64,000 bases of DNA. It comes from Blastocatellia bacterium. GTDB taxonomy: Bacteria; Acidobacteriota; Blastocatellia; UBA7656. The DNA is taken from NCBI GenBank assembly GCA_035575515.1, contig DATLXU010000136.1:14850-78849 (forward strand), read 5' to 3'. The translations under genes were made by a program, and so were the position numbers. Below, one piece after another: positions 41,438 through 50,966 of this stretch. The notes under the pieces are model-generated. The model saw only the letters and a program-made list of their open reading frames with translations, was not told the origin of the DNA and did not search any database. Every line of letters begins with the position of its first letter. Position 1 is the first letter of the stretch.

Positions 41438-41470
41438 TGTAGGGGGCAGGGCTTGTCCCTGCCCCCTACA
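41438..41470. repeat. palindromic repeat family 1, copy D: perfect hairpin TGTAGGGGGCAGGG-CTTGT-CCCTGCCCCCTACA
   Basis: 14-bp perfect stem with a 5-nt loop, preceded by CCGAATC; likely a terminator-like element. Confidence 0.7.
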
Positions 41471-41548
41471 ACTTTCAACTCGCCATTACCCGCTACCGTT
41501 CGCCGATTTGACTGATGACGGCGCGCCGGTTAAGTCTACTAATCGAGA

Positions 41549-43381
41549 ATGTCAACCAGACGAAAAAACAAACCGGCGCTTGAAGAACACGAAAAAGAAA
41601 AACAACGAGGCTCGCCGCGCGACCTGCTGAGACTTCTGGCTTACGCCCGCCCTTATCGTACCCGGCTCGCGCTTGCGCTTGTGAGCCTCATCATTGCAAG
41701 CGCGCTCGGACTTGCGTTCCCTCAAATTGTCCGGCTGTTGATTGATGCCTCATTCGTCGAGCGCGATGCGAGCAAGCTCAATCGCTATGCTGCATTCCTC
41801 ATCGGATTGTTCGCCTGCCAGGCGGCGTTCAGCTTCCTTCGCTCTTACCTGCTTTCCTATACCGGCGAGCGAATAGTGGCGGACGTGCGTACAGAGCTTT
41901 ATAGCCATCTCGTAAATCTTCCAATCGGATTTTATGCTAGTCGGCGCGTCGGGGAATTGACCTCGCGCCTTGCGTCTGACGTGAGTGTGATTCAAACGGT
42001 CACGACGGGCAGCATCACTGAGCTTCTACGACTGACCCTAATTCTAACGGGCGGCATCGCAATCATTGCAGTCACAAATCCGCGACTGACACTTCTGATG
42101 CTCGCAGTCGTTCCGGTCGTGATCCTCTCAGCAACATTTTATGGTCGCTATATTCGCCGCTTGAGCACTCGGGTTCAGGACAAACTTGCTGACGCGAACT
42201 CCGTGCTTGAAGAGGCGCTTTCCGCGATTCGCATAGTCCAATCCTTCGTCCGCGAAGACTACGAGCGCAAGCGTTACGGCGAGCGCATTCTTGAATCTCT
42301 TAGGATGGCCGTCAAACGCTCAGTCGCGGGCGCGGGCTTCATCGGCTTCATCATTCTTGTAGTCTATAGCGGCATCGTCGTAGTGCTGTGGTTCGGCAGC
42401 CGAATGGTTTTGTCGGGCGCGATGACCGCAGGCGAGTTGATTGCCTTCGTGCTCTACACGTTCGTCGTGAGCGGCGCAATAGGCGGAATGAGCGAACTCT
42501 ACGGACAATTTCAAAGCGCGATTGGAGCTACGCGCCGCGTATTTGAATTGCTCGATACCGAACCTGAAATCAAAGACCCCGAAAGTCCTCAGCCGCTTGA
42601 AACAGTCGCTGGCCGCGTCGAATTGATTGACGTGCATTTCACCTACCCGGACGAGCGCGGCGTCGAGGTTTTAAGAGGCGTGACGATACGGGCCGAGCCG
42701 GGAGAGATAATCGCGCTCGTTGGACCGAGCGGCGCGGGCAAATCAACGCTGGTCGCCCTAATCCCGCGCTTTTATGATGTCACGCGGGGCGCGATTTTGG
42801 TCGACGGCCACGACATAAGAACTGTCCGGCTTAAAGACCTCAGGCAATCCATCGGAATGGTGCCACAGGAAACTACGCTGTTCGGCGGGACTATCAGAGA
42901 GAATATCGCTTACGGAAACCTCGATGCGACTGACGACGAAATCGAAGCGGTAGCGCGAGCCGCGCATGCTCACGAATTCATAAAAGAATTTCCCGACGGC
43001 TATAACACTATAGTTGGCGAGCGCGGCGTGAAGCTGTCGGGCGGGCAGCGCCAGCGAATTGCAATCGCTCGCGCGCTCCTCAAAAATCCCGCAATATTGA
43101 TTCTCGATGAAGCGACAAGCTCGCTTGATTCGGAATCAGAGCGGCTCGTTCAGGATGCGCTCGAAACTTTAATGCGAGGCCGCACGACTTTCGTCATCGC
43201 TCACCGTCTTTCAACCGTTCGCCGCGCAGACAGAATCGTCGTGCTTGATGGCGGTTGTGTGATTGAAGAAGGCACGCACGAAGGACTGATTGCGAGAGGG
43301 GGATTGTATAAACAGCTTTACGAGATTCAATTTAGAGATTATCCGGCTTCGCCTATGACGAATATCTTAGACGTTGGCTGA
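41549..43381 (+). CDS. ABC transporter ATP-binding/permease protein (MsbA-like exporter)
   Basis: 6-TM exporter domain; Walker A GPSGAGKST, signature LSGGQRQRIAIARAL, Walker B ILILDEATS. Confidence 0.9.
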   Translation: MSTRRKNKPALEEHEKEKQRGSPRDLLRLLAYARPYRTRLALALVSLIIASALGLAFPQIVRLLIDASFVERDASKLNRYAAFLIGLFACQAAFSFLRSYLLSYTGERIVADVRTELYSHLVNLPIGFYASRRVGELTSRLASDVSVIQTVTTGSITELLRLTLILTGGIAIIAVTNPRLTLLMLAVVPVVILSATFYGRYIRRLSTRVQDKLADANSVLEEALSAIRIVQSFVREDYERKRYGERILESLRMAVKRSVAGAGFIGFIILVVYSGIVVVLWFGSRMVLSGAMTAGELIAFVLYTFVVSGAIGGMSELYGQFQSAIGATRRVFELLDTEPEIKDPESPQPLETVAGRVELIDVHFTYPDERGVEVLRGVTIRAEPGEIIALVGPSGAGKSTLVALIPRFYDVTRGAILVDGHDIRTVRLKDLRQSIGMVPQETTLFGGTIRENIAYGNLDATDDEIEAVARAAHAHEFIKEFPDGYNTIVGERGVKLSGGQRQRIAIARALLKNPAILILDEATSSLDSESERLVQDALETLMRGRTTFVIAHRLSTVRRADRIVVLDGGCVIEEGTHEGLIARGGLYKQLYEIQFRDYPASPMTNILDVG

Positions 43382-44157
43382 GGCGAGCCGCCTTCAGGCT
43401 CAAGCGTGATTGCCGCAAAGACAGGTTTGATGTTATTCGAGGGACCGGGAACTACGGCGACGACGCGGCCCGACTCGCTGGCCTTCATAGTGCCCGCGCT
43501 TATCTTCGCATCTTGGGTGACGAACCAAAGCTGATAAACCTTTCCGGCAGGAAGCGGAGGCAAATCCGCGTTGACTATCCAGCGGTTCGTCTGCACATCC
43601 CATAAGATTTCGCCCGATGCTTGTGGCGCACCTTCCTGCCCCGCCAGCTTTATCACGCGAGGCTGCGCTGCGGCGACGGTTGTCGAGGTTTGCGCTGCTT
43701 CTTCTTTGCTCTTATCAAGCGCGGCCTGAAGCGCGCGGCGGTCCGATTGCCACAGAAATACGCTCACGATAAAAGCAACAAATATTGAGGCCGCAATGGC
43801 CCAGGGGATGAATGCGCGCGCGGGCGCTGGTCGAGATGGTATTTGTCTTGTTAGGGTCGGGTGTTCAGGGAATCGCAGCACGTCGGCCTGTTGACCGATT
43901 ATTTGCGGCGATGTTTTAGCTTCGTTCGCAATGTTATTGATGAGCCGTTCGCGCAAGTTGGCAGGAGGCGACACGGGCGGCGCGGTCGAGCCAATTAATC
44001 CAACGACCTGCTCGAATTGATTGACTTCGATTTCACAAGCGGGACAGCCGTCGCGCAGGTGGCGCTCGAAGGCGCGAGCCTCGTGTTGAGAGAGCGCGCC
44101 CAGGACATATAGCGCGGCGGCCTCCTGGCTCTCCTCGTTTACTTCATCATGCCTCAA
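43339..44157 (-). CDS. anti-sigma factor, RskA-like (N-terminal Cys/His anti-sigma domain, TM helix, RskA-type periplasmic domain)
   Basis: ALYVLGALSQHEARAFERHLRDGCPAC at the N-terminus, then a TM helix, then a C-terminal domain beginning VYQLWFVTQDAKISAGTMK. Confidence 0.75.
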   Translation of the reverse strand: MRHDEVNEESQEAAALYVLGALSQHEARAFERHLRDGCPACEIEVNQFEQVVGLIGSTAPPVSPPANLRERLINNIANEAKTSPQIIGQQADVLRFPEHPTLTRQIPSRPAPARAFIPWAIAASIFVAFIVSVFLWQSDRRALQAALDKSKEEAAQTSTTVAAAQPRVIKLAGQEGAPQASGEILWDVQTNRWIVNADLPPLPAGKVYQLWFVTQDAKISAGTMKASESGRVVAVVPGPSNNIKPVFAAITLEPEGGSPQPTSKIFVIGEAG

Positions 44158-44184
44158 TTCGGTGTGCCCTTCCTGCCTGCAAAT

Positions 44185-44793
44185 TCAGCGAGCTTCCAGA
44201 ACTTCGTAACGCTCCGGCGCTATCAACAAGAACAACGTCCCCTCAACCGTGTATGTCTCATCGTGAATGCTCCCCGCCGCCGCTCGGTGATAACCGCCCG
44301 GTCCGAGCCTCTCGCCGCAAACGTTGCAATCGCCTTCGAGAATATAAAACTGCTCGACTCCCGTATGGCGATGACGGGGCAGCCTCGCCCCCGGCTTCAT
44401 TCTCACAAGCGAAGTCGCAAGCCCGCTCTGCTTGTCCACAAACAGCAACTTGAACGAAACGCCTTCGCAAGCCTGCACCCACTGGCCTCCGTCTGCGTGA
44501 ATCGAAACGAACTCATCTGAGCTTGCCTGCCCATCAACTGACTGCGCGCTTGCCTCTTCAACATTAATTCTAGATAGCAGATCATCGCGCACCTTCAGAG
44601 ACGGCTTTGCTTCTACGGTTTCGTAGGAGAGCGCCTCAAGCGTCATCTCGAACGACTCAAGCTCTTCTCTACAAGCGTCGCAACCTTCGGCCAGATGCTC
44701 TTCAAACGTTTTCGCTTCATGCTGAGAGAGCGCGCCAAGCGCGTATAGCGCCGCCATCTCGGTCATCTCATCGGTCATTGCGAGATGCTTCAT
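44185..44793 (-). CDS. anti-sigma factor, ChrR-like (N-terminal anti-sigma domain plus C-terminal cupin)
   Basis: ALYALGALSQHEAKTFEEHLAEGCDAC at the N-terminus. The cupin-like C-terminus has HRHTGVEQFYILEGD. Confidence 0.75.
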   Translation of the reverse strand: MKHLAMTDEMTEMAALYALGALSQHEAKTFEEHLAEGCDACREELESFEMTLEALSYETVEAKPSLKVRDDLLSRINVEEASAQSVDGQASSDEFVSIHADGGQWVQACEGVSFKLLFVDKQSGLATSLVRMKPGARLPRHRHTGVEQFYILEGDCNVCGERLGPGGYHRAAAGSIHDETYTVEGTLFLLIAPERYEVLEAR

Positions 44794-45386
44794 AACTGAC
44801 CCTCCATGACGGGACGAAGCATCTCGCGCAGCTTTATCATTCCAAGCCGCGTGCGCGTCTTCACGGTGCCGAGCGGCTGACCCAGCTTCAGCGCAATTTC
44901 GCTGTGGCTGAGACCGCCGTAGTAGGCAAGCTCGATGACCTCGCGCTGTTCGGGCGACAACTGATCGAGCGCCGCCCGCACCAATCGCTGCCGCTCGGAA
45001 TAGACCGTAGCATCTTCCGGGCTGATCGAAGAGCTGCTCACTTCAGCAATGTTGTCAAGCGATTCTTTATTCTGCTCGTGCTTGCCTGCACGGAGCCTGT
45101 CAATTGCGCGGCTGCGCGCAATCGTCAGCAGCCAGGCGAGCGGCGCGCCTCGCTTCAAATCGTAAGTCGCGGCCTGCCGCCACACCTGCGTGTAAACGTC
45201 CAGCAGCACCTCTTCGGCGATTGACCGGTCGCTGACGATGCGCAGAATCAATCCGAACACCAGGCGACTGCTCGTGTCATAGAGCGCCGTCAGGGCAGAC
45301 TGATCCCCGTCGGCGACCTTTTCAATGAGCGCAATCAGATCGTGATCGCGCGTGCGAGGTGCTATTGAGTCTTGGGGTGATCCCAA
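44790..45386 (-). CDS. ECF-family RNA polymerase sigma factor
   Basis: Region 2 (EEVLLDVYTQVWRQA) and region 4 (LSHSEIALKLGQPLGTVKTR). Its stop overlaps the start of the downstream anti-sigma gene. Confidence 0.85.
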   Translation of the reverse strand: MGSPQDSIAPRTRDHDLIALIEKVADGDQSALTALYDTSSRLVFGLILRIVSDRSIAEEVLLDVYTQVWRQAATYDLKRGAPLAWLLTIARSRAIDRLRAGKHEQNKESLDNIAEVSSSSISPEDATVYSERQRLVRAALDQLSPEQREVIELAYYGGLSHSEIALKLGQPLGTVKTRTRLGMIKLREMLRPVMEGQL

Positions 45387-45979
45387 CCTTGTCTCTCCGT
45401 TTACCCGTTTGATTCTACGCCATCCCGCCTGCCGTCGGATTTACCGAGCGGCGCGAATAAATCGCGGCTTCTGGCAATTGCAACATTGCGGGAAGGTGAT
45501 AATACAACAAGAGCCTCGTCCCGCTAAAGTAAAATTTCTCGCCTCCGGCAAGACGCTGCTTATCGGCGTTTGCGGCTTTTCTTCATTGGCATTGTGATTG
45601 ATCATTGAGATTTGCAGTCAGTGTTTCACTAATCACCGTTTCAACTTCAACAGGCTCGTTAGAGAGCTTCGCCGATGTGCAGTTGACCAGTGGAGATTTG
45701 CCTGACCCGCAAAGCGCAAGCATGTAGTTTTAGTCCCCACCCAAGCAATTGGTGGAATGCTTTGATCATCGAAATAGTGGATCGTTTTGGCAGCACGTTT
45801 TTTTTTCTACCCCATCAAGGTAGCAATTCCGGCAATACAAAACCATAAGGTTCAATGGCATATCAATTGACTTGCGCAAGATGATGCTCTGGTTACTTTG
45901 CTATTCATAGAGGCTCAGAATCGGGATGCGCGAGACATGCAGTTTGACTCATATCTTTAACGGGCGAGCAGGAGGACTT

Positions 45980-48226
45980 ATGAGGAATAGAAGAGTTGTC
46001 ATGGGAATAATAGTGCTGTTGATCTTTGTTATGAATCTGAGCGTTGTGCAGTTTACTCCCCAGTCCACAGCCAGCGGTCAATTCAGTAGAATAGATGCAC
46101 AGTGGGATTTTGATGGCGACGACTTCGATCCGAGAGCGGCCAAGTTGCCCCGCGACCTGCGCGCGATGATTGATGCAAACCGTGGCAAGGACGCTGATCA
46201 GGTCCAGAATGTCATCGTGCAATCCGCAGGCACTCTGCTGGGCGATAGAGCAAGATCGGTCCAACAGCACGGCGGTTCTGTCAAACACTACTTCAAGAAC
46301 ATCAACGCCATGCTTGTAGAAATTCCTATAGCGCGTATCGAAGAGCTTGCATCTGAAGGCGACATCGAATTCATCACGCCAGACAGGGAAGTCATCTGTG
46401 CGATGGACGCCACAACCAAGTTGATAGGCGCAGATCAGTTGTTGCAACCCGGCGCAAGCACCTACGGCGGCCTTTACCCGGCAGTTGATGGAAGCGACGT
46501 TGCGGTTGCGGTCCTCGATTCCGGCATTGATTTGAATAATCCCGATTTCTATACATCGAAACAAACGAGCCGCGTGGTTGCCTTCAAAGATTTCGCTGGC
46601 GATTCGAAAGGCAAGATTCAAAAGGGCGCGTATGACGATTACGGGCATGGCACGCCTGTGGCTGGCGTGATTGCAGGCTCTGGCTCGGCTTCGCAGATGC
46701 GCGACAAAAAAGGCACGGAGTGGTATCCGGGCAATTATGGCGATTTCACAGGCGTTGCCCCTAATGCAAAGATAGTCTCGCTGAAAGTCATAGACGCGAA
46801 CGGCACTGGAAAAATCAGCAACGTCATTCAGGCGCTCGATTACGTCGTTGCAAACAAATCACGCTACAACATACGGGTCGTCAACCTTAGCCTCAGCGCG
46901 CCAGTGATGCAGAGCTACAAGATTGATCCACTTTGTCAGGCGGCAGAACGCTGCGTTGACAGCGGAATCGCAGTGGTCTGCTCTGCCGGAAATTTCGGCC
47001 ACAACGATGTCATCACTGCTTATGACAAAGACGGCAAGCCAATTTATCAAACCGTCTATGGCGGCATAGGCAGCCCTGCAAACGATCCGAAAGTCATCAC
47101 CGTTGGAGCAACTAAAGACCCTGCGCAATCGGTCCTGAGCTGGCCCGACAGCACAACTCCGCCGACCATTGATCCAAGTCCCGCTCCGTTGCGCCGCACC
47201 GATTTGCAGGTTGCCTCATACAGCTCGCGTGGCCCGACGCTCGTTGATGGAATCATCAAGCCCGATCTGGTCGCGCCGGGAACGAAAATCATAACAACAG
47301 CATCAAGAGAAGGGACGCTCACAGAGTTGACTTTGCCCAATGCGATTGTGCCGCCTTCATCCTCGTCGGCGACAACAAAGGTTTACTGTCAACTGACGGG
47401 CACGTCGCTATCGGCTCCGGTTGTGTCGGGCATCGCAGCCTTGATGATTCAGGCCAATCCAAAAATTTCGCCTCGGATGATAAAAGCGATTTTAAGGATG
47501 ACCTCAGAGCGATTGCCCTCGCTCGCTTCGGCGAGCGCGATAGAGAGAGTGCTGACGGAAGGAGCCGGGCTTGTGAACGCCCGGGCGGCTGTTCGGTTGG
47601 CTCAGAACCTGCGAGCGGATGTTGATGCTGCGCAGGCAGGTCAAAGCCTGCTTCGTCAGGGCGTGACGCTCGGCGGGTTGAGCCGTGACCTGACTTTGTT
47701 GATTAAGGACCAGAGCGGCAATGTTGTTGATCGCGGAGTCTTCAACAGCGGATTCCTCCTGGCAGACGGTTTCCTGCTCGCTGATGGTTTTCTTTTGGCA
47801 GACGGGTTTTTGCTGGCAGATGGTTTCCTGCTCGCAGATGGATTCCTGTTAGCCGACGATTTCCTTCTTGCTGATTCAACTGTTTGGCCCGACGGATTCC
47901 TGCTTGCCGACAGTTATGTTCAGACTAGCTGCCTGCAAAGCGTAAGCGGGTCGCTCGTGGCAAATGAATTGCCAATATCAAGAGCCGTTCGCGCCCGCAG
48001 CTTCTACGCCGACGGCATAGTCGCGTCAACCGGAAACGCGCATGGAAGGATGATCTTTTCGCATGAGTCTATGGTCTTGTGGGGAAACGCAGTGCTCGAC
48101 CCGAATTCTGTTTCCCTGTCCGCGCAGTCGGTCAATTCCGGCGCGCTAACATTGGATGACAATGCTCCGATAAGCGGCTTGCGATTCATCACAATCAACA
48201 GCCCCTTTTATCCGAAGCAACGATAA
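45980..48226 (+). CDS. secreted subtilisin-like (S8) serine protease with C-terminal GFLLAD hexapeptide repeat region
   Basis: An AGGAGGA RBS precedes the ATG at 45980, with a signal peptide. Catalytic residues are Asp (AVLDSGID), His (HGTPVAG) and Ser (GTSLSAPVVSG). GFLLAD x6, DFLLAD and GFLLAD repeats lie at nt 47749-47909. Confidence 0.85.
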   Translation: MRNRRVVMGIIVLLIFVMNLSVVQFTPQSTASGQFSRIDAQWDFDGDDFDPRAAKLPRDLRAMIDANRGKDADQVQNVIVQSAGTLLGDRARSVQQHGGSVKHYFKNINAMLVEIPIARIEELASEGDIEFITPDREVICAMDATTKLIGADQLLQPGASTYGGLYPAVDGSDVAVAVLDSGIDLNNPDFYTSKQTSRVVAFKDFAGDSKGKIQKGAYDDYGHGTPVAGVIAGSGSASQMRDKKGTEWYPGNYGDFTGVAPNAKIVSLKVIDANGTGKISNVIQALDYVVANKSRYNIRVVNLSLSAPVMQSYKIDPLCQAAERCVDSGIAVVCSAGNFGHNDVITAYDKDGKPIYQTVYGGIGSPANDPKVITVGATKDPAQSVLSWPDSTTPPTIDPSPAPLRRTDLQVASYSSRGPTLVDGIIKPDLVAPGTKIITTASREGTLTELTLPNAIVPPSSSSATTKVYCQLTGTSLSAPVVSGIAALMIQANPKISPRMIKAILRMTSERLPSLASASAIERVLTEGAGLVNARAAVRLAQNLRADVDAAQAGQSLLRQGVTLGGLSRDLTLLIKDQSGNVVDRGVFNSGFLLADGFLLADGFLLADGFLLADGFLLADGFLLADDFLLADSTVWPDGFLLADSYVQTSCLQSVSGSLVANELPISRAVRARSFYADGIVASTGNAHGRMIFSHESMVLWGNAVLDPNSVSLSAQSVNSGALTLDDNAPISGLRFITINSPFYPKQR

Positions 48227-48279
48227 CCAAAAATCGCGCAGCCTGAAAGGAGCACCTCAACAACTTTGATGGAAAAGGA

Positions 48280-50784
48280 ATGAGCGTGGAAGTCAACAGC
48301 AAACAGCGCCTCGCGCAGCCGTACATGCGAGTGGTGATCGCCATCGGCATGGCCGCGCTTGCCTGGTCGCTGTGGCGACTGAAGGCTTCCACGCTCGACT
48401 GGCGCTTTCTGGTTCTCGCTTCGATCACGGTAGCCACAGGCTCACGCTTCAACATCAACATTCCGCGATTCAAATCGAACGTATCCATCTCTGACGTGTT
48501 CATCTTCCTCGCGATGCTTCTCTTTGACGGAGAAGCTGCTATAGTGCTTGGCGCAATTGAAAGCTATTGCTCGTCTTTTCGCATCACGAAAAAACGACTG
48601 ACAAGGCTTTTCAACGCTGCGGCGATGGCCTGTTCGATGTCGCTTACCGTGTTGATGCTGCGAGTTGCTTTCGGCAACATCGTCGAGATTGCTTCGGGCG
48701 ATTTCCTGAAACTGGTAATGGCTACATGCGCAATGGCTGTCGTTCAATACTTCATCAACTCCTGCTCGATAGCAATTGCAGCGGCTTTGCGCGCGAATCA
48801 GCCCGTTTGGGATACCTGGAAGACGTACTATCTGTGGACAGCCATCAGTTATTTCAGCGCGGCGCTCGCCGCAGGCGTGATAGTCAGGCTGAGTTCGATT
48901 TATGGCCTATACACCTTTGTTGCGGCTGCTCCAATCTTAGCCATCGTCTATTTCACATACCAGACCTACCTCAAGAACATAGAGGCCTCAATGGCGCAGG
49001 CGGAGCTTGCCGAACGCCATCTGGCCGAGTTGCAGGAGAGCGAAGAGAGATTTCGCAGCGCTTTCGACCATGCGCCGATAGGCATAGCGATTGTCTCGCC
49101 CGAAGGCCGCTGGCTCAGCGTCAATCGCTCGCTTTGCGAAATCGTTGGCTACTCAGAAGAGGAATTGCTTGCAACTAATACTCAGGCGATCACTCACGAA
49201 TCAGACTTCGGGCAGTTCATGTCGAAGGTCAATGAAGTGCTTGATGGAAGAACGCTGACCGAGCAGATGGAGAAGCGCTATATCCACAAAGCCGGTTACG
49301 AGGTCTGGGTGATGGCGAGCATCTCGCTCATACGCGAGCCGCGCAGCAAGGCATCGAATCTTATATTTCAGGTTCAACACATCTCCGACCGAAAGCGGGC
49401 CGAGGAGCAACTGCGCCACGAAGCTCTCCACGACATGCTTACTGGACTGCCGAACCGCGCAAATTTCATGCAAAAACTGAGAGGCGCGCTTGATCGTGTG
49501 AAAGCAGGCGGGGATGCCGCTTTCGCAGTGTTGTTTCTGGACCTGGACCGATTCAAGGTAATCAATGACAGTCTCGGCCACATGGCCGGCGATCAGTTGT
49601 TGATAGGCATAGCGCGCAGGCTACGCAACTGCCTCAGGCCGGGCGATGTGGTTGCGAGGCTTGGCGGCGATGAGTTCACTATTCTGCTCAACAACATTAA
49701 GGACAAGAGCGACGCTGAGCATGTCGCCGACCGCGTTCAGAGAATGATTTCTCAACCGTTCACGCTCGGCGGCTACGAAACAAGCACAACCGTCAGCATA
49801 GGCATCGCCTTTCCGAGCCCAGAATATCAGCAGGCCGAAGATTTGCTCCGCGATGCCGACACGGCAATGTATCAGGCCAAATCTCTTGGCAAGGCCCAGT
49901 TTGTGATCTTCGATAAGAAGATGCACACGCACGCGATGAGCATTATGCAAATAGAGTCTGACCTGCGCCGCTCCATTGACCGCCATGAGTTTCTTATCCA
50001 TTACCAGCCGATAATCTCACTTCAAAATGGAGTGCTGGCAGGATTCGAGGCTCTGATTCGCTGGCGGCATCCGGAGCGTGGGCTTATCTCTCCATCTGAT
50101 TTCATACCAGTGGCGGAAGAGACAGGTTTGATAGTTCCGATAGGCGAGTGGGTCTTAAAAGAATCTTGCAGGCAGATGCGTCGGTGGCAGAAGAGTTTTA
50201 ATTCAAGCCCGCTATTTATCAGCGTCAACCTTTCGAGCAAGCAGTTTGCGCACTCAACTTTGCTTGAACAAATTGTCGAGACACTCGACGCCACGGGTCT
50301 TGACCCGTGCTCGCTCAAGTTAGAGATAACCGAAAGCGTTGTGATGCAGAACATCGAAGTCGCAACAGGCATGCTCGAACACCTGCGCTCTATCGGCGTG
50401 CAACTGAGCATTGATGATTTCGGCACAGGCTATTCGTCTTTGAGTTATCTCTATCGCCTGCCGATTGACACGCTGAAGATTGATCGCTCATTTATCAGCC
50501 ACTTGTCTGGCAATAACGAAAACCGCGAGATAGTGCGAACGATCATCACTCTCGCTAAAACTCTCGGAATGGGCGTCGTAGCAGAAGGGATCGAGACGCA
50601 GGATCAACTCGACTTGCTCAAAAACCTAAAATGTGACTACGGGCAGGGATACCTGTATTCAAAACCGCTCGAAGCCAATGCTGCTGAACAACTGATAGCC
50701 GCGATGCAGTCTCAGGTGGCCATTTCCACGGAAATTTCTGGGGAAGTATTCCTGGGTCCACTCAAAACCGAGTACAGGATGTGA
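48280..50784 (+). CDS. membrane-anchored PAS-GGDEF-EAL protein (diguanylate cyclase/phosphodiesterase)
   Basis: About 230 aa of polytopic N-terminus, then a PAS domain, GGDEF (RLGGDEFTIL) and EAL (EALIRW, DDFGTGYSSL) motifs, all intact. Confidence 0.9.
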   Translation: MSVEVNSKQRLAQPYMRVVIAIGMAALAWSLWRLKASTLDWRFLVLASITVATGSRFNINIPRFKSNVSISDVFIFLAMLLFDGEAAIVLGAIESYCSSFRITKKRLTRLFNAAAMACSMSLTVLMLRVAFGNIVEIASGDFLKLVMATCAMAVVQYFINSCSIAIAAALRANQPVWDTWKTYYLWTAISYFSAALAAGVIVRLSSIYGLYTFVAAAPILAIVYFTYQTYLKNIEASMAQAELAERHLAELQESEERFRSAFDHAPIGIAIVSPEGRWLSVNRSLCEIVGYSEEELLATNTQAITHESDFGQFMSKVNEVLDGRTLTEQMEKRYIHKAGYEVWVMASISLIREPRSKASNLIFQVQHISDRKRAEEQLRHEALHDMLTGLPNRANFMQKLRGALDRVKAGGDAAFAVLFLDLDRFKVINDSLGHMAGDQLLIGIARRLRNCLRPGDVVARLGGDEFTILLNNIKDKSDAEHVADRVQRMISQPFTLGGYETSTTVSIGIAFPSPEYQQAEDLLRDADTAMYQAKSLGKAQFVIFDKKMHTHAMSIMQIESDLRRSIDRHEFLIHYQPIISLQNGVLAGFEALIRWRHPERGLISPSDFIPVAEETGLIVPIGEWVLKESCRQMRRWQKSFNSSPLFISVNLSSKQFAHSTLLEQIVETLDATGLDPCSLKLEITESVVMQNIEVATGMLEHLRSIGVQLSIDDFGTGYSSLSYLYRLPIDTLKIDRSFISHLSGNNENREIVRTIITLAKTLGMGVVAEGIETQDQLDLLKNLKCDYGQGYLYSKPLEANAAEQLIAAMQSQVAISTEISGEVFLGPLKTEYRM

Positions 50785-50966
50785 TTTACGACGCAAGTCC
50801 GCTGCCTTCTTTCAATCTTTCCATCGTTTGACTTGAAGATCAAATACATCTCTTTGTTTGACGAAGATTTAATTGAGTCAAGAAGTGTGGATCATGCCGC
50901 GATTGACTTGATTGACACTGCCATAGGGCATTTCGTAAACTCAAATTTAACGACAGGGGGATTGAT

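Noticed and set aside
47749-47909. Tandem 18-nt repeats considered as a possible CRISPR or VNTR array.
   Set aside because: The repeats are in frame inside a protease gene and encode GFLLAD. The units are contiguous without spacers and diverge at synonymous positions.
50785-50966. LexA box of the GTTC-N7-GTTC type upstream of ruvA.
   Set aside because: No such direct repeat is present; only TTGACTTGA-type motifs, reported separately at low interest.
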